Shown here piece by piece: positions 39,680-43,451 of a stretch of DNA of 43,451 nucleotides; the stretch's first letter is position 1; every line of letters begins with the position of its first letter. Source of the stretch: a virus; the IMG/VR virus record IMGVR_UViG_3300005468_000007. One strand, written 5' to 3'. Made by a program: the position numbers and the translations under genes. The notes under the pieces are model-generated. The model was not told where the DNA came from. It ran no database searches and was given only the letters and a program-made list of their open reading frames with translations.

Positions 39680-40416
39680 GCGCTCAGCACCTTTCCCTCG
39701 ACGCATGCGCTATAGCCGACGAACGGCAGCGGCGTGAGGTAGACGGCCCCGGTCTTGCGTTCGTGGTAGCCAATGCCGCAGCCGAGCGACCATTGCCTCT
39801 GGGCCTTGACCTTGTGCAGGTAGTCCACGCGCTTTACATCGCCCAGCCAACCGAACTGCGCGCCGATCCGGTAGCGCCCGGTCGCATCCCCCTCGACCAT
39901 GTATTGGCAGGCGTGGTGATGGCCGATGACAACCGAATGCTGGAAGGTCTCCAGCGCCCGGGCGGTCGTGTATTTGCCCGAGTGGCCGGTGTCGTGGGTG
40001 AAGTGGACCTTGCCGATCTTGGTCGAGGACCGGTAGGGCACGAACTCCCAACCGTTCGCGGTCAGCCCAAGCAACCGATCGGTGCTTACGAGCGAGAAGA
40101 GCTCAGGCGCCTTGTCTTGCAGGTAGCGGCGCAGACGGTCCTCATGGTTTCCCTCGATGAACACCTTGCGCTTCGCCCCAAGCCTGTCAAGGTCCGCCCG
40201 AAGCCCTCGGACGATTAGAAGCTCGTCCTCAAGCTGTTGGATTCGCGTCGGGTCTTTCGAGTGCGACGACACGGTGTAGAAGTCCGCGAGATCGCCGATA
40301 TGGATGATTGTGTGGGGCTCGAAATGGCGTCCGATCTTCTTCAGCAGCCTCCAAGCACGTTCATCATGGTAGGGCGCATGTGCGTCGGGGACGATCAGAA
40401 GGCGATCAGTCGGCAA
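39676..40416 (-). CDS. Calcineurin-like metallophosphoesterase
   Basis: 246 aa with motifs VPDAHAPYHD, IHIGDLADF, GNHEDR and GHHH. Confidence 0.8.
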   Translation of the reverse strand: MPTDRLLIVPDAHAPYHDERAWRLLKKIGRHFEPHTIIHIGDLADFYTVSSHSKDPTRIQQLEDELLIVRGLRADLDRLGAKRKVFIEGNHEDRLRRYLQDKAPELFSLVSTDRLLGLTANGWEFVPYRSSTKIGKVHFTHDTGHSGKYTTARALETFQHSVVIGHHHACQYMVEGDATGRYRIGAQFGWLGDVKRVDYLHKVKAQRQWSLGCGIGYHERKTGAVYLTPLPFVGYSACVEGKVLSA

Positions 40417-40609
40417 GGGCTGCCACCTTCTTCAGGGCTTCGCTTGGCTTTAGCTTGCGCGCTGTGGTGCGGGTCGGCAAACTGCGGGCGATCAGATGGC
40501 GGCGAAGGCTGGCGCTAGAGACGCCAAGCTCCTTCGCTACCCATTCGACGCCCTTGGCCTCAACTCCGCGCCTCAGGATCGCGTCCTCCGGCCATTCGTA
40601 CTTTCCCAT
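40406..40609 (-). CDS. Small HTH DNA-binding protein (67 aa)
   Basis: GVEWVAKELGVSSASLRRHLIARSL. Confidence 0.5.
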   Translation of the reverse strand: MGKYEWPEDAILRRGVEAKGVEWVAKELGVSSASLRRHLIARSLPTRTTARKLKPSEALKKVAALAD

Positions 40610-40916
40610 CGGGGAATCCCTCCTCCGTGACGAAACGTGGATGCTTCCGGTCAGTCGGCCACCAAACGAGAAGGGGTGCCCAGCCCGCCTTGGCGGCCGT
40701 GTCTAGAAACTCTTTCCGCCTGGCGGGACCGAAGTCCGCGAACGGCCCCGCCTTGGTCGCCTTCACCTCAATGAGGATGGTCTGATAGCTCCGCTTCGCG
40801 GCTACGAGGTCGGCAGTCTTGCTGCCGGCCCCGCGGACAACGACATAGCCGCGGGCTTCGTAGAGCTCTTTGACCTGGCGCTCGCGGTCGGCGCCGCGGG
40901 CGTAGTTCGAGGTCAG
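40560..40916 (-). CDS. Hjc-type (archaeal-like PD-(D/E)XK) Holliday-junction resolvase; probable CTG start
   Basis: Hand translation upstream of the ORF-track fragment gives LTSNYARGADRERQVKELYEARGYVVVRGAGSKTADLVAAKRSYQTILIEVKATK.., which carries the E..D..E-V-K catalytic pattern. There is no ATG/GTG/TTG between the in-frame TAG (40998..41000) and residue 51. Confidence 0.7.
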   Translation of the reverse strand: MTSNYARGADRERQVKELYEARGYVVVRGAGSKTADLVAAKRSYQTILIEVKATKAGPFADFGPARRKEFLDTAAKAGWAPLLVWWPTDRKHPRFVTEEGFPDGKVRMAGGRDPEARS

Positions 40917-41089
40917 GCGTTTGGTACTGCGTAGACACCGAGGGCCGTCAGCACACCGACCACCAGCTGCGCACTGTGGTCGCTCAGGACGCCGACGCTA
41001 ACTGCGATACCAACAGCAGCGACGATGAACTTTGCGACGGCCGGGGCCTTGGCGAGGAACGCCTTGACCTCAGCGACGAGCTTGCTCAC
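40913..41089 (-). CDS. Holin-like small membrane protein (58 aa, 2 TM), missing from the ORF track
   Basis: Translated codon by codon from GTG 41087..41089 after GGAGAAG: VSKLVAEVKAFLAKAPAVAKFIVAAVGIAVSVGVLSDHSAQLVVGVLTALGVYAVPNA. Confidence 0.55.
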   Translation of the reverse strand: MSKLVAEVKAFLAKAPAVAKFIVAAVGIAVSVGVLSDHSAQLVVGVLTALGVYAVPNA

Positions 41090-41118
41090 TTTGCTTCTCC
41101 TTTCGTGGACTAGAAGAA

Positions 41119-41724
41119 CTAGCTAAAGAAGTTGGGGGTGCAGAGGCTCTCGTCGAGATTGCGGCCCCGAGCCTTGTCAGTCCACTGGGTCGCGTCCGCT
41201 TGGAAGCTGGCTCCGCAGGTATGCGGGCCGCAGATGTGCGGCTTGTAGGTGTAGTGGGCGCTCCAAACCCGAACGCGGGAGCGTCCGAGGCCACCCGAGG
41301 CGAGGCTCCGAAGCACCGCGGGCATGTCGCTCCGCGAGGCGTAGACGACCGGGCGCTTCACGCGGGGCATCTGCCGCTTCACCCAGCCCGGGGCATCGCT
41401 CGGGCTGGCATCACCGCGCTCAATATCGAGGCAGTCGGCATCGTGTGAGGCCGAGATCGCGATCGAGAGCTTGTGGGCGCGCGGGAACTTACGCTGAACC
41501 TCTGGGAAGGTGGGCCAGTTGCCGGAGGTGTAGCCCGCGACCGCTTGCGCATCCTTTGGGATCTGGTCGACGCTGATCGCATCGAACATTGCTAGTGGCT
41601 TGACTAGCGGACGAGGAGATTGCGCTCGGCGCACTCGATTGATCGCCTTGCGTATGCGGTCCCGCTGCGGACTGGGTTGAGGGTGCCGCCGCAACCGGGC
41701 GAGCAGCCGTCTTAGCTTTTTCAT
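41119..41724 (-). CDS. Glycoside-hydrolase-like lysin component (GH25/DUF1906-like)
   Basis: ATG 41722..41724 overlaps the upstream TGA (alternative start at 41589). ..AGYTSGNWPTF...SIAISASHDADCLDIERGDAS...VRVWSAHYTYKP...QWTDKARGRNLDESL.. Confidence 0.4.
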   Translation of the reverse strand: MKKLRRLLARLRRHPQPSPQRDRIRKAINRVRRAQSPRPLVKPLAMFDAISVDQIPKDAQAVAGYTSGNWPTFPEVQRKFPRAHKLSIAISASHDADCLDIERGDASPSDAPGWVKRQMPRVKRPVVYASRSDMPAVLRSLASGGLGRSRVRVWSAHYTYKPHICGPHTCGASFQADATQWTDKARGRNLDESLCTPNFFS

Positions 41725-42179
41725 CGCTTCCTTCCCCTCTTTGGGCGTTGCACAAACAGGCGCCATCGTGCGGGTCGGCGCCGAAAGTTCAGGTGGTGGT
41801 ACTCGACCCCCGCCCCGTAGGGGCGCCAGAGTTGCCAGCCGTAACGTCGCGCTGCGTCGGAGATCATCGCCGCAATGTGGCCGTTATCAACATCGATTCC
41901 TACCTGCCACCACTTGAGCTTGCGGCCTATGGGACCGGGGTATGGCTTCCCATCGGAGCGAAGCTCATGTGTCGAGCGTCCAGGCGGGTTGGCTTCCCCA
42001 GCGGGCAGATGTGCATAGAGCCAAGCCTGATCGTGCTTGCCGCACTTCCGCAACAATGCTTCGGCATCGGTGCCGCGGTAAATAGATTGGTAGACGGCGC
42101 CCGTGTCCTTCTTGAGCCGCAGCAGGATCGGATACAGCGGTGCGGGTACGGGGCAGCAGTCAATGAGCTTGAAGCGCAT
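41721..42179 (-). CDS. Peptidase M15/LAS-like cell-wall endopeptidase (endolysin component)
   Basis: 152 aa. GRSTHELRSDG...WQVGIDVDN...GVEYHHLNF is compatible with an H-x-D ... H zinc site. Good AAAGGAG Shine-Dalgarno. Confidence 0.4.
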   Translation of the reverse strand: MRFKLIDCCPVPAPLYPILLRLKKDTGAVYQSIYRGTDAEALLRKCGKHDQAWLYAHLPAGEANPPGRSTHELRSDGKPYPGPIGRKLKWWQVGIDVDNGHIAAMISDAARRYGWQLWRPYGAGVEYHHLNFRRRPARWRLFVQRPKRGRKR

Positions 42180-42263
42180 GGCTCCTTTCGGTGGCTAGGC
42201 GTGGATTAGGCCGGGGAATCACACGCCGGGGTTGCGCGGAGGCGCTTAGAAGGGCTTAGGGCT

Positions 42264-42764
42264 CTAGTGGTGAAGGAGGGCGACAACAACGAACGCGAGG
42301 CCCACGAAGACGCCCACAAGTGCGATGAGGTCTCCTCGGATTACTTCCCGCTTGCCCTCCCTGGACTCCACCGCACCTTCGCCGCCCCGCCTCCGTTCAG
42401 CGTCACTCTCTAGATGCTTGAGGCGGCTGTCCATTGCGGCGAACGCCTGTTCCATTTCGCGGCGAGAGGGGAGTTCGCGGTCGCGGTCTGACATCGCTCC
42501 GCGCCATTCGTTCGCGTTCTGGCGCCATTTTTCCGCAGTTGTCTCGGCCTTGTCGACGGCCTTGTCTGCGGCGGCAAGGGCGGCCGCCACGGCCTCCTTC
42601 TGCGCTGCGAGCGCAGCCATGACCGCTTTGTCTTGGGCTTCGGCGCGTTCGGTATAGCGCTTGTCGCGCTCCTCTAGATCGTTGCGAACCCCCCGAACGG
42701 ACTGCTCCATCTTCCCTTGCCAGCGCGCCAGTTTGACACTGGTGGCGCCGTTGCGATCGCTCAC
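42264..42764 (-). CDS. C-terminally membrane-anchored coiled-coil protein (lysis-associated?)
   Basis: 166 aa. A long Ala/Glu/Lys helical region is followed by [19 protein letters not shown] at the C-terminus. GTGA overlap with the tail gene. Confidence 0.5.
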   Translation of the reverse strand: MSDRNGATSVKLARWQGKMEQSVRGVRNDLEERDKRYTERAEAQDKAVMAALAAQKEAVAAALAAADKAVDKAETTAEKWRQNANEWRGAMSDRDRELPSRREMEQAFAAMDSRLKHLESDAERRRGGEGAVESREGKREVIRGDLIALVGVFVGLAFVVVALLHH

Positions 42765-43451
42765 AGCACGCCTTGGAGCGAGATGCCTAGCCGTTCGAGG
42801 ATCGCCTCGAGCTTCAGGGCCGTGTTGTCGAGGTCGAGGGTGATCTGGCGCGTTTCGTGGTTGTACGAGGTCTGGATGATTCTCCTTGCGATGTCGTCAG
42901 GATGGTCGGAGATCTTGATGTAGTCGCCTGCCCGGATGGCCCAGACCGGCCGCTCTCCTGCGGTGGGATGGGTGACGGTTGCGGTGACAGTCAGCTGCCC
43001 CCTTCGCTGCGGCTGGGCTTTCTGGGCTAGGTAGATAGCACCGATCTGAATTGCGCCGGCCTGGGTGGTGACCTGGGACACGTCGAGGAGTGCCCAGCGC
43101 CGGGGAATGCCGTGGGCATTGACGGGGTTGGTTGGAGAAGTGTCCTGAAGCGAGGCGTCCGTCGCGGTGGCGTTGGCACCCGGCGGCCCGACGCTCTGGC
43201 TGATTCCCGCAGGGTCGTTATAACGGACGAAGACGCCGTTGAAGATGTTGTCGAGCGAATCCCCGGTTAGATCCAGGTGGGCGCCAGCGGAGAGCCGCGT
43301 CTCCCACGTCAGCCGGCCGGGGTCGGGCGTGCGATAGAAGAAGGTCGGCTTGCCGGTCGTCGTGCCCTCGAAGACGCCCCATTCCTTGAGGTCGTAGATG
43401 TTGGTGGCGAGGATTACGTCCTCAGCCGTAACGGGGTCGAGGAAGGTCAGG
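42761..43451 (-). CDS. Same minor tail protein, 3' portion (43342..43451 duplicates 1..110)
   Basis: The frame of ORF-track fragment 42761..43081 (..[32 protein letters not shown]..) stays open to the window end. The TGA at 42761 overlaps the GTG of the next gene. Confidence 0.7.
   Translation of the reverse strand, partial: LTFLDPVTAEDVILATNIYDLKEWGVFEGTTTGKPTFFYRTPDPGRLTWETRLSAGAHLDLTGDSLDNIFNGVFVRYNDPAGISQSVGPPGANATATDASLQDTSPTNPVNAHGIPRRWALLDVSQVTTQAGAIQIGAIYLAQKAQPQRRGQLTVTATVTHPTAGERPVWAIRAGDYIKISDHPDDIARRIIQTSYNHETRQITLDLDNTALKLEAILERLGISLQGVL
43342..43451. repeat. Terminal overlap copy 2 (identical to 1..110)
   Basis: Exact 110-nt identity with the window start. Confidence 0.95.

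Noticed and set aside
1-43451. tRNA, rRNA, retron-like ncRNA or toxin-antitoxin pairs.
   Set aside because: No cloverleaf-compatible segments or conserved rRNA stretches were seen by eye in the few non-coding gaps. This is not an exhaustive search and should be confirmed with tRNAscan-SE or Infernal.

Overview
The window is a complete, circularly closed genome of a GC-rich temperate, siphovirus-like tailed phage or excised prophage. Bases 1-110 are identical to 43342-43451, and a 552-aa tail gene reads in frame across that junction. The unique molecule is therefore 43,341 bp, and the window ends are an assembly cut, not physical ends. Almost everything is on the minus strand, in a near-continuous chain of translationally coupled genes (about 35 four-base NTGA stop/start overlaps by my count). 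The only convincing plus-strand gene is an XRE-type repressor (38631-38933). Gene order on the minus strand, from high to low coordinates: (1) lysis cassette; (2) Hjc-type resolvase; (3) metallophosphoesterase; (4) the repressor on the + strand; (5) an immunity-region pentapeptide-repeat gene; (6) recombination and replication genes (PD-(D/E)XK nuclease, DnaD-like protein, Toprim protein); (7) excisionase, tyrosine integrase and an attP-like repeat region; (8) SNF2 helicase and an amino-DNA methyltransferase; (9) a run of small Zn-ribbon, coiled-coil and lipoprotein genes; (10) an HTH regulator; (11) a sugar-modification cluster (LpxA-like LbH acyltransferase, GT-A glycosyltransferase, Gfo/Idh/MocA oxidoreductase) interleaved with a sigma-70 region-4-only protein; (12) large terminase and portal; (13) an unusual five-gene fibre/Ig-like insertion; (14) HK97-type protease and capsid; (15) two tandem HNH genes; (16) connectors, tail tube and chaperones with a -1 frameshift; (17) a tape measure carrying two cell-wall hydrolase domains; (18) two large tail proteins. 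I saw no tRNA, rRNA or CRISPR array. The most notable observations are these. Three to four essential genes have no ATG/GTG/TTG start (CTG in CTGA overlaps, possibly ATT). A fibre-like module sits inside the head-gene block. The glyco-modification cluster is paired with the sigma-region-4 protein. A pentapeptide-repeat gene built from 13 near-perfect 15-nt tandem units lies next to the repressor. An attP-like region is bounded by 14-bp direct repeats that would restore a GTGA overlap. Several short DNA motifs are conserved across unrelated neighbouring genes. All functional calls come from motif recognition by eye. No database search was run, and several genes shorter than 60 aa that are missing from the ORF track were translated by hand.
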